Positions 26,755-35,300 of a stretch of 64,000 nucleotides of DNA are shown here, one piece after another. Origin of the DNA: Candidatus Peregrinibacteria bacterium (lineage in GTDB: Bacteria; Patescibacteriota; Gracilibacteria; UBA1369); NCBI GenBank assembly GCA_963708185.1, contig OY970195.1, forward strand, positions 1,088,001 to 1,152,000, given 5' to 3'. The notes beneath the pieces are model-generated. The model was given only the letters and a program-made list of their open reading frames with translations. It was not told the origin of the DNA and did no database searches. The translations under genes and the position numbers were made by a program. Position 1 is the first letter of the stretch. Every line of letters starts with the position of its first letter.

Positions 26755-28065
26755 TTAAACTTTGATTTCCATATTCGCGCCGATTTTGTTCATGTCATCG
26801 ACGAAGTCCGGGAAGGTCTTATTGATGCCCTCCGCGGTGTCGATTGTCGAGTCTCCGTCGGCAAGCAGTCCCGCGACGGCAAGCGCCATGATGGTGCGGT
26901 GGTCGTTGTAACCGTGGAGATCGGCACCTTTGAGTTTGCTTTGATAAATGGTGAGCGAATCTTCTTTTTCTTCGAGTTTCACGCCCATTTTCTTAAGTTC
27001 CGTTGCCATGGATTTGATGCGGTCCGTCTCCTTGATACGCGCGTTTTCAACGTTCATGAGAACGGTTTTCCCTTCCGCCTGTGTGGCGACCACGGCAAGG
27101 GTGGGAAGCATGTCGGGGATGTCGCCACAGTTGATGGTTGCTCCTTTGAGAGGCTTGTCGCCTTTCACGATAAGGTCGGTGCCTTTTACGGTGATGTCAG
27201 CTCCCATCTGCTGCAGAAGGGCAATGATCTGTTTGTCTCCCTGGGGATCGTCCATATCCAGCCCGTGAAGCGTAATATGACCGGGCAGCAAAATTCCCGC
27301 GGCGATGAGATATGAAGCCGAAGAAAAATCTCCGGGAATGATTTTATCAACCGGGTGGTACTGTTGGTTCCCGAAAATCCTGAAGGTATCCACCCCGTCT
27401 TTTTTGCTGTGCCCGTAGCGGATTTTCTGTTCGTCGAGCCAGGCCAGGGTCATGTCGACGTACGGACGTTCGTGGAGGTCTTTCACTTCGATTTCCGAAT
27501 TTTTTTTGGCACATGGGAGGCTTAGCAGCAGCGCAGAAAGATATTGCGAGTTTGTCCCGTCAACCGTTGCGTAGCCTCCCGCAAGTTCACCTCTTAACCC
27601 AAGTGGACAACTATCGTTGTTGTCATATGATACGACTTCCATCCCCAGATCTTTGACCGCCTGGATGATGCTGGCGAGCGGTCTTTTTTGCATCTGTTCC
27701 CCGCTGGCGAGGGTCAACAGGACCTCGGGATCTTGGCGAAGACCGATGAGCGGGATGGTCAACGTTGTGGTAATGCCGGAATTTGCGGAAAAAAGATCCG
27801 TTTCTGCTGTATCGAGCGGAACCCCTTCACTCTCCACGGTCACTTCAAGTCCGCCGGAACTGTTTTCGGTGTAATTGATGGTGGCGCCAAGCTTTCTGCA
27901 GACGTCAATGGCGGCGCGACCGTCCTCGGCATCCAGCAGATTATGCAAATGCGATGTCCCGCTCGCCATCGTCGCAATGAAAAGGGCTCGCACCGAGTGG
28001 GATTTCGAGCTTGGAGTCAGCGCTTCTCCGTGAAGTTCTTTCACGGGGTGGATGATGATTTTCAT
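26755..28065 (-). CDS. aroA: EPSP synthase
   Basis: PSSKSHSVR, NSG, SQYLSALL, PGDFSSA, RIKETDRI, DHRTIMA. Confidence 0.98.
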   Translation of the reverse strand: MKIIIHPVKELHGEALTPSSKSHSVRALFIATMASGTSHLHNLLDAEDGRAAIDVCRKLGATINYTENSSGGLEVTVESEGVPLDTAETDLFSANSGITTTLTIPLIGLRQDPEVLLTLASGEQMQKRPLASIIQAVKDLGMEVVSYDNNDSCPLGLRGELAGGYATVDGTNSQYLSALLLSLPCAKKNSEIEVKDLHERPYVDMTLAWLDEQKIRYGHSKKDGVDTFRIFGNQQYHPVDKIIPGDFSSASYLIAAGILLPGHITLHGLDMDDPQGDKQIIALLQQMGADITVKGTDLIVKGDKPLKGATINCGDIPDMLPTLAVVATQAEGKTVLMNVENARIKETDRIKSMATELKKMGVKLEEKEDSLTIYQSKLKGADLHGYNDHRTIMALAVAGLLADGDSTIDTAEGINKTFPDFVDDMNKIGANMEIKV

Positions 28066-28075
28066 GGTTGGTAAG

Positions 28076-28106
28076 AAAAAAATAAAAAAGCCTTCTCCTG
28101 AAGGCT
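28076..28106 (-). terminator. Attenuator terminator (3:4 hairpin) upstream of aroA
   Basis: Minus strand AGCCTTC-AGGA-GAAGGCT followed by TTTTTATTTTTTT. Confidence 0.88.
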
Positions 28107-28134
28107 GCGAGAGGTTCCAAAACGGTCACATGCT

Positions 28135-28200
28135 CTACGCCTTCAGGTGTCTGAAGTTGTAAAAGAAGAAGTAACCGAAAGTTTTGGAAAGATTGTTCAT
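28135..28200 (-). CDS. Phe/Tyr-rich leader peptide MNNLSKTFGYFFFYNFRHLKA (pheL-like attenuator peptide)
   Basis: 21-codon ORF with 5 Phe and 2 Tyr within 9 consecutive codons, overlapping alternative hairpins. Confidence 0.9.
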   Translation of the reverse strand: MNNLSKTFGYFFFYNFRHLKA

Positions 28201-28209
28201 GACGGTTGA

Positions 28210-28239
28210 AGTATATGTCGGCGCAGGGAAAATTGTCAA
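28210..28239 (-). promoter_or_regulatory. Sigma70-like promoter of the aro operon
   Basis: TTGACA-N18-TATACT ending 10 nt before the leader ATG. Confidence 0.65.
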
Positions 28240-28276
28240 TTTGCTTTTGTGTCCGTTGCCCGGTTCCACACAACAA

Positions 28277-28302
28277 AAAAGCCCCCGCGAGCGGGGGCTT
28301 TT
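28277..28302 (-). terminator. Intrinsic terminator of pilin gene
   Basis: AAAAGCCCCCGC-GA-GCGGGGGCTTTT; U tract on minus strand. Confidence 0.88.
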
Positions 28303-28322
28303 GAACGTCTTGTCAAAATCTC

Positions 28323-28721
28323 TTAGCCTGTCGCTCCGCCTCCGCCTGCACCAAGAACGGTGTTGACGATAGCGAATGAAAGCAGGATCACGACGATACC
28401 GATAACGGCATACATGATGATCTTTTTTGCAGATTCGATCTTTTCCTGGTTACCTGCAGCGGTGACATAGAGGAAACCTCCGTAAATGATCATCACCACG
28501 GCAATCAAACCGAGGAAGGTGAGAAAGAAGTTTACAATGGTTAAAGCCAAAGAACGGAAACTTCCCTGACCGCCCGTGGCAGTGCTGATAGCTTGAGGGT
28601 TGTCTGTCGGGCTAATGAAGCCTTGTGCGTTCGCGGTAAGAACCGGAGCAAATGATGCCATCATGAGTGCCATGCTTGTAACAAAGCCGACGGCAATATG
28701 TTTGAGAGATTTTTTTGACAT
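28323..28721 (-). CDS. Pilin-like protein (TrbC/VirB2-like, CPR type)
   Basis: Signal peptide plus two TM helices, IAVVMIIYGGFLYVTAAGNQEKIESAKKIIMYAVIG. Confidence 0.85.
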   Translation of the reverse strand: MSKKSLKHIAVGFVTSMALMMASFAPVLTANAQGFISPTDNPQAISTATGGQGSFRSLALTIVNFFLTFLGLIAVVMIIYGGFLYVTAAGNQEKIESAKKIIMYAVIGIVVILLSFAIVNTVLGAGGGGATG

Positions 28722-28804
28722 AGATGTGGGGTTAGTTATTTGATTTTGTTTTCTCTTCCTTCTATTCTACCAAATTTTCCTTTAAAAAGCAACAGGGCGT
28801 GAGC

Positions 28805-29770
28805 TTAAATAAAGAGTCCCTGAGGCGAAACGAGCTGGACCTCACGTTCAAGCAGTACGCCGAAACGCTCTTTTACCTTTTCCTGAAGCCGTTTACTCAG
28901 CTCCAAAACATCTTTTTGGGTGCCGTTTCCGGTGTTCATGAGCCAGTTGGCGTGCTCTTTGGAGACCATGACGCCCCCGACCTGCATGCCTTTAGCCCCG
29001 ATCTGTTCCAGCAGGTGACCCGCCTTGGTTTCGGGCGGCTGGGGGTTCTTGTAGTCGGGGGTTACGGGATTTTTAAAGAAAGAGCCCGAGCATTTGCCTT
29101 TTGGCTGTTTGCTGATGCGGTTCTTAACAATGTCCATGGCCTCGTCCAGGGCCGTTTTGGCGGTCACGGGATCGGCCATTTTGAGGCGGAGCCAGACTTT
29201 CAGGACCGTTTCGCGGGTTTTTTTGATCCTCGACGAACGGTAGCTGAAGTCCATGTCCTTTTTGCCGGCTTCGAGCAGACTTTCCTCCTTGCTATATACC
29301 AACGCTTTTTCAAAGACATCCTTGAGTTCTATGCCAAACGCGCCGGCATTGCCGCGTACCGCCCCTCCTAATGTTCCGGGCAGGCCCATCATCTTTTCCA
29401 TGCCGGTCAGCTTGTTCTTGAGCGCGAACTGGATGACCTGGGAGAGCAGGAGTCCCGCATCCGCAGCCACAAGGGACTCTTCCCTGGAGTCCGGGAGGGC
29501 TTCAAGGGCGATGTTTTTCGCCTGGATGTGGATGACGAGCCCACGGTAGCCCTCATCGGCAAAAATGGTGTTGCTCCCTCCTCCAAGGACAAAAACTGGG
29601 ATTCCCAGCTTGCCGGCGGCTGTAATGAGCGGCTCAAAAGCGGCCGTATCGGTCAGTTTATAGAAAAGATCGGCCGGACCGCCGATGCCAAACGTCACCA
29701 AAGGCGCCAGGGGCTTGTTTTGTTCTATCCCCGGAAATTGCTGGATCAATTGTTGATAGTGTTCATTCAT
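28805..29770 (-). CDS. murB: UDP-N-acetylmuramate dehydrogenase
   Basis: TFGIGGPA, LGGGSN, GLPGTLGGAVRGNAGA, GSFFKNP, SKEHANW, LEREV. Confidence 0.97.
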   Translation of the reverse strand: MNEHYQQLIQQFPGIEQNKPLAPLVTFGIGGPADLFYKLTDTAAFEPLITAAGKLGIPVFVLGGGSNTIFADEGYRGLVIHIQAKNIALEALPDSREESLVAADAGLLLSQVIQFALKNKLTGMEKMMGLPGTLGGAVRGNAGAFGIELKDVFEKALVYSKEESLLEAGKKDMDFSYRSSRIKKTRETVLKVWLRLKMADPVTAKTALDEAMDIVKNRISKQPKGKCSGSFFKNPVTPDYKNPQPPETKAGHLLEQIGAKGMQVGGVMVSKEHANWLMNTGNGTQKDVLELSKRLQEKVKERFGVLLEREVQLVSPQGLFI

Positions 29771-29830
29771 GCTCGCAAAGCATACCACAGATTTCCTGCA
29801 CGGTGATCTGTTTCTCCGCCGCACGGCTCA

Positions 29831-29859
29831 TTGACACTGTGGGCTTCTTCCCATATTAT
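29831..29859 (+). promoter_or_regulatory. Sigma70-like promoter of the tRNA pair
   Basis: TTGACA-N17-TATTAT. Confidence 0.7.
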
Positions 29860-29887
29860 CTCTCTGCTTTTTTGTCATGGCGAACGC

Positions 29888-29963
29888 GCCACCTTAGCTC
29901 AGTTGGTAGAGCAATTGTTTTGTAAACAATGGGTCGTCGGTTCGAGTCCGACAGGTGGCTCCA
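29888..29963 (+). tRNA. tRNA-Thr(TGT)
   Basis: GCCACCT acceptor stem, anticodon arm ATTGT-TTTGTAA-ACAAT, GTTCGAGTC, CCA. Confidence 0.97.
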
Positions 29964-29979
29964 TTCGCACATGTTTTAC

Positions 29980-30065
29980 GGGCAGGTACTCAAGCGGCCA
30001 ACGAGGGCAGACTGTAAATCTGCTGGCTCACGCCTACGGGGGTTCGAATCCCTCCCTGCCCACCA
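29980..30065 (+). tRNA. tRNA-Tyr(GTA)
   Basis: GGGCAGG acceptor stem, GCAGA-CTGTAAA-TCTGC, long variable arm, GTTCGAATC, CCA. Confidence 0.97.
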
Positions 30066-30149
30066 TGTTTTTATTATTTTACCCCAGATGACAATCTGGC
30101 CAAATTTACGTATAATTGTATTGTAAATAAATTTCAAAAACAAAATTTT

Positions 30150-31943
30150 ATGACTGACACCGTCAAATCCGGTATTGCGGCAGTAAAAGTACTGGAAGAG
30201 TGGGGAGTAAAGCATATTTTTGGTATTCCTGGCGGCTCAATTAATAGTCTCATGGATGCTCTTTTAGCCGAGAAAGACAATATCGGCTATATCCAGGTTC
30301 GGCATGAAGAAGTCGGAGCGATGGCTGCGAGTATGCATGCAAAGTTTACGGGACACCTTGGAGTTTGTTTCGGGAGCGCGGGACCGGGAGGCACGCATAT
30401 GATGAACGGACTATATGATGCGCGCGAAGACCATATGCCGGTACTTGCTCTTGTCGGACAATTCTCGACTGCGGGTATGAACATGGATGCTTTTCAGGAA
30501 ATGAACGAAAACCCGATTTATGCCGATGTCTCGGTGTACAACCGCACGGTAATGACCGCTGAGCAGTTGCCTCATGTGATTGATGAAGCAATCCGGCAGG
30601 CATACGCAAAAAAAGGAGTAGCGGTCGTGGAGTTGCCGGTGGATCTGGGCTGGAAAGACATTCCGGCAAGGAAATCTTACTCCAGCGCGGATGCTCATCG
30701 GCAATATCCACATCCTTCATTGAATGTGCCTGATCTTGAAGCTGCCGCAAAAATCCTTAACCAATCGGAAAAAACGATTATCTATGCAGGCATTGGAACC
30801 CGGGGTGCGGGTGCGGATGTTATAAAACTTTCACAAAAGATCAAGGCGCCGATCGCCGTGACTGCTATCAATTTTGATAGTTTCCCTCATGATTATGAAG
30901 CGTTGCTGGGTTCGGCAAACCGCGTTGCGACCAAGCCGGCGAATGAGGCGTTCCCAAATGCGGATACCGTGGTTTTTGTAGGAAACAATTATCCGTTCGC
31001 CGAAGTCACCAATATTTTTAAAAACGTTAAAAATTTCATTCAAATTGATATAAATATCGCGAACCTGGGGAAGAGGCATCATGATGATGTGGCAATTCTA
31101 GCCGATGCCGGCGATGCCATTCGGGAACTTACAAAAATGGTGGAGGAGAAAGCGGAAACTGCATGGTGGAGAGCAAACATCAACAATATTAAGAATTGGC
31201 GCGATTATGTGAAACATCTTGAAACAAAAACTTCGGGAGATTTGCAGCTGTATCAGGTTTATCATGCCATTAACGAGCATGCGGCACCCGACGCGATTTT
31301 CTCGATTGATGTGGGTGACGTTACCGAGACGTCGATCCGTCATCTGCATTTGAACCCGAAGCAAATGTGGCGTACGTCAAATCTCTTTGCGACCATGGGG
31401 GTCGGGCTTCCAGGAGCGATAACGGCAAAACTTGATTTTCCCGATCGCCAGGTGTGGGCGCTTTCCGGCGATGGCGCTTTCCAAATGGTCATGCAAGATC
31501 TGGCCACACAGGTCCAGTATAAACTTCCGATTGTAAATGTTGTTTTCGCAAATGCTCAATACGGTTTCATCAAAGATGAACAGGAAGATACGAACACCGG
31601 GTTTCTTGGAGTGGAGTTTATGGACGTAGATTACGCGAAAGTCGCCGAAGCAATGGGGGCGAAATCTTACACGGCGAGAAAAGTTGAGGATTTAAAGGAT
31701 ATTTTTGACCGGGCTGAAAATGACAGGAAAGCGGGCCATACTGTGCTGATAGATGTAAAGATATCAAAAGAAAGACCGATCCCCGTCGAGCATCTCATGC
31801 TGGATCCTGCAATTCATAAAGAAGTGGACATCAAAAATTTCAAATTACGCTTTGAGGCGGAAAATTTGAAACCATTCAGTGAATTCCTCGAGGCTGAGGG
31901 AATTAAGCCCGTTTATACATCGACTGATCTCGGAGGATTTTAG
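30150..31943 (+). CDS. spxB: Pyruvate oxidase (TPP/FAD, SpxB/Pox type)
   Basis: GIPGGSINS, QVRHEEVGA, GSAGPGG, FQEMNENPIYAD, FATMG, GDGAF...N, FIKDEQED. Confidence 0.88.
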   Translation: MTDTVKSGIAAVKVLEEWGVKHIFGIPGGSINSLMDALLAEKDNIGYIQVRHEEVGAMAASMHAKFTGHLGVCFGSAGPGGTHMMNGLYDAREDHMPVLALVGQFSTAGMNMDAFQEMNENPIYADVSVYNRTVMTAEQLPHVIDEAIRQAYAKKGVAVVELPVDLGWKDIPARKSYSSADAHRQYPHPSLNVPDLEAAAKILNQSEKTIIYAGIGTRGAGADVIKLSQKIKAPIAVTAINFDSFPHDYEALLGSANRVATKPANEAFPNADTVVFVGNNYPFAEVTNIFKNVKNFIQIDINIANLGKRHHDDVAILADAGDAIRELTKMVEEKAETAWWRANINNIKNWRDYVKHLETKTSGDLQLYQVYHAINEHAAPDAIFSIDVGDVTETSIRHLHLNPKQMWRTSNLFATMGVGLPGAITAKLDFPDRQVWALSGDGAFQMVMQDLATQVQYKLPIVNVVFANAQYGFIKDEQEDTNTGFLGVEFMDVDYAKVAEAMGAKSYTARKVEDLKDIFDRAENDRKAGHTVLIDVKISKERPIPVEHLMLDPAIHKEVDIKNFKLRFEAENLKPFSEFLEAEGIKPVYTSTDLGGF

Positions 31944-32275
31944 TTTGTTTTGAGTTTGATGAAACGGACCATCCACCAGACGAACGACCCCGCGAAAAAG
32001 TAGATGAAAAACGAAATGATGATCGACCAGACGATAATATCGTACGTCAACTGTCCGTTGGTGCAGGTCATGTTGTTGGATATTACCGTCAGTCCGCTGT
32101 AGGGATGCTGGGTATCCGAGTTGAGGTTGATGGTCCCGCCGATACAGGCAACATACCCTCCGGGCAGCATAATGGCAGGAATAAAAGCCGAGCCCGCGGT
32201 CACGAGCATGAAGCAGATGAATCCCGTCAGCAGCATGTACGGGAAATCGTTGAGTTTCTGGGTCGAAAGGTCCAT
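31940..32275 (-). CDS. Small membrane protein (2 TM)
   Basis: Two hydrophobic segments flanking a Cys-containing loop. Confidence 0.65.
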   Translation of the reverse strand: MDLSTQKLNDFPYMLLTGFICFMLVTAGSAFIPAIMLPGGYVACIGGTINLNSDTQHPYSGLTVISNNMTCTNGQLTYDIIVWSIIISFFIYFFAGSFVWWMVRFIKLKTN

Positions 32276-32324
32276 GTCTGGATTTTAGCCTATGCGGCCA
32301 TGCGGTGACAACCGAAACCCTTCA

Positions 32325-35300
32325 TCAGTCGTAAAGGCCGAGCAATCGAAGGTTTTCCCCGAGTTTTTCGACGCGTTTCCCCACTTCCATCCCCGGGTCG
32401 TCAAACGACTTGGTGAGGTGCTCGTTCACGACATCTTCCCTCACTTCTTCCATGGATTCCCATAAACCGATCAGATGCAGCGCCATGATGAAAGGTCGCA
32501 CCTCTTCAACCGTGCGGGTTTCTTCGTAGACGGCGTCGATGGCGTCGGCCAACATGTCGGCGACGCATTTCTTGATTTCGTTCGCGAATCCGTACTGCTG
32601 CATGTCTTCGACGACCATCTGCAGGAGGCCGGGATCTTCTCCTCCGCGTGCCTGTTCGAACATCATGCCGAGGCGGTCTTCAACCAGCTTCGAAAGAATG
32701 TTGGGACTCAAGTCGGTGACGTTCTGATCCGCCGGGGACAATTGGTTCCGTGACTCAAGATATTTTTTGAGCTTGAGCAATGGATGAAGGTTATAGACAT
32801 TCGACGTTTTCACGTCTTCGATCATCTGTCTCATTTCGGCCATTTCACGAGTTCTTTCTGCGGTTTCGTGGAGTTTTTCGAGCTCTTCCGGGGTTGCCGC
32901 GACATCCGTCGGTTTGACGATTTTCAGCCTGACGGCAGTCTTGGCGAGGATGGCGATGTATGAGGTCATTGTTCCCGTTCGTGCTTCGTTCATAGCGGAA
33001 GCAAGGCCTTCCCTGCAATATTCTTTGAAATTTTCTTCATCTTCATCTTCGAGATCGAACTCTTCGTTCAACCAGCGTTTGCTGAATTCAAGGATGTCTT
33101 CAATATTGGTCTCGGAAGACGACATCAAGACCTTCAGTGCCTGTTTCCCTGCCTTGACCTGATTCAGGTAATCTTCATTGGTGCGAAGATCGGCAAAAAG
33201 TTCAGGTGACGATCCGATATCGGCATGATTCACCAGGCCGTGAGCGATAAACTCTTCAAGCTGGTCCAGGGTCGCGCTGATGTTTTCACCGTGACCGGCC
33301 TGTTCAAACATGGCTTTGGCGCGTTCTTTCATCTTGGCGAGGACATAATCGGCCATGGCAACTTTGGCAATCTGTTCTTCCGGATTACGGAAACTCAGGA
33401 ACTCAGCGCACGTTTTTTGCTGCGATGCATCAACAAGATTCCTGACTTCTGCCGCGTTGATACCGACGCCTTTTTCAATCGAAGCGACGATGTTCTGGGC
33501 GGCGGAAATTTCTTCGACCGCCGGATACTGTTCCGTGGTCAGTCTCGTGCCGAGCCATCCGGGATGGAAATCTTTTTCGGCAAGTTCCGGTTTGAGCAGA
33601 CTGACGATTTCAACGAGAACCTTGCGGAAACTTCGCTGCAGGGATTCCTGCTCGTTTTTGTATTCTTCTTCCGCCTGATTGCTGAAAACGGTCTTGAAGC
33701 GCTGGCTGTAGTTCGGTTGAAGCAGCTTCTGGCGCAGATCAAAAAGTTTTTTGTCGTAGGCGTGAACGCGTATGATCGCGCTGCGGGAAAGTTCCTGGAG
33801 ATAGGTATCCCTGGTCCAGCCGGTTTCTTCCCAGCGGACTTCGGGTTCGTTGGCAAGAGCCAAACCCGCGTTGAACAGTTCTGCGTCGTACGGGAAACCG
33901 GCGAGATGCTGGTCGCTGGTGGTGTAAATTACAAGCTCCTCATCCACTTCGCGGATCTGGTCGATAACCGCGCCCGTCATGGATGTGACTTCACGCGCAA
34001 GTTTCTCTTTTTCGAAAATAGCCTGAACCTCCTTGATCTGCTGTTCGGAGACCAGACGTTTATCTTTAAAATGGGCCAGTGATTCCTGGGCATGTTTTCT
34101 GTCTCCCTTATCGCCGTGGTCGGGATAGAGAACAAGAACTTCCATGATCTCTTTCAAGTAGGCCGCGACGTAAGGTTTGAGCGCTTCCTTGGTGAATTCG
34201 TGGTCGGGTTCAAAAGCGTAACGGTCAAGACCGATCTGGATGTCGTCGCCGTCCTTCAAAGGAGCGCGGAGCATATCGAGTTCATGAGTTTTTCCGTCTC
34301 GGGTGCCCGGGATCTGTTCGTTGATCTTGATGGCCGAGTTTTTGAGGACGCGTGGTTCAATGACAAGACGGACGTTGCTGGCGTCTTCCAATACGAAAGA
34401 ACATTCAAAGTCCTGCACTCCATATTTGGAAAGACGTTCGTTCTGGGGTGCGTGGGCTTCAAGCATGTTGACTTTGTCCTTGCCCATGGAAAGGCCCGGC
34501 GGGAAAATCAAATGCAAGATGCGTTTGCCGCTTTTATCTTTCTCGATCTTGTCGACGAGCGCAGGATATTTGTAAGGACGCGGAGTTTCCGCGGTTTCGC
34601 CGGCCCCTTCGTTAAAATGGCGTCTTTTGGCCATCTTCGCCTCGTATTCTTTGCGCTTTTCTTCGGCAACGGCTTCAGTGGCGGCCGTGACTTCCTCGAT
34701 CAGCTGGTTTGCGGCAAGCGCTGTCGCCGTCAGATCGATGCTGTCTTCGAAACCTTCGATGGTTTTATTCAATTCGATGATCTCGGATTCAAGTCTGGTG
34801 ATTGAAGGCAGATCGTATGATTTTTCCTTTAAACTTGCGGCGAATCTGGAAATTTTTCCCTGGAAAAATGCCCTGATGTCGGCATCGCTGAGGGGATGGT
34901 CGTTTCTGGCGACGAACAGTAACGTGTCACCGTTCATACCCATGGCGATGACGTCTTCGTTTTCGTCAAATTTCACCGCCTGGGAAGTCACGAAGCCGCT
35001 CGGGCGGTTCTGGAACTTCAGCGCAGCCTCTTTCCCGGCTCGTATGAAGATCTTTTTTCCTGGAAGGAACAAGAATTCCGCATTGAACTTCTGGTAAGAT
35101 TTTCCCTGCGGGAGGACGATGTCGTTCGAAGGGTCGGTTCCTATTTTTACGACGCGGTCTTTTTCTCCGAAACACGGATAGGCGCTGATAATCTGTCCGT
35201 CGGCGTCGACGCAGAGGACGGCGGGAAAAGTATGGATCATCGATTCCCTCGTTTCGATGGTGGGGTGGCTGTCGCGGGACTGAACGGTCTCACGTCCGAT

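Noticed and set aside
29831-30215. Short ORFs overlapping tRNA-Thr/tRNA-Tyr, and the 7127..7585 ORF over tRNA-Pro
   Set aside because: They are translations of tRNA sequence.
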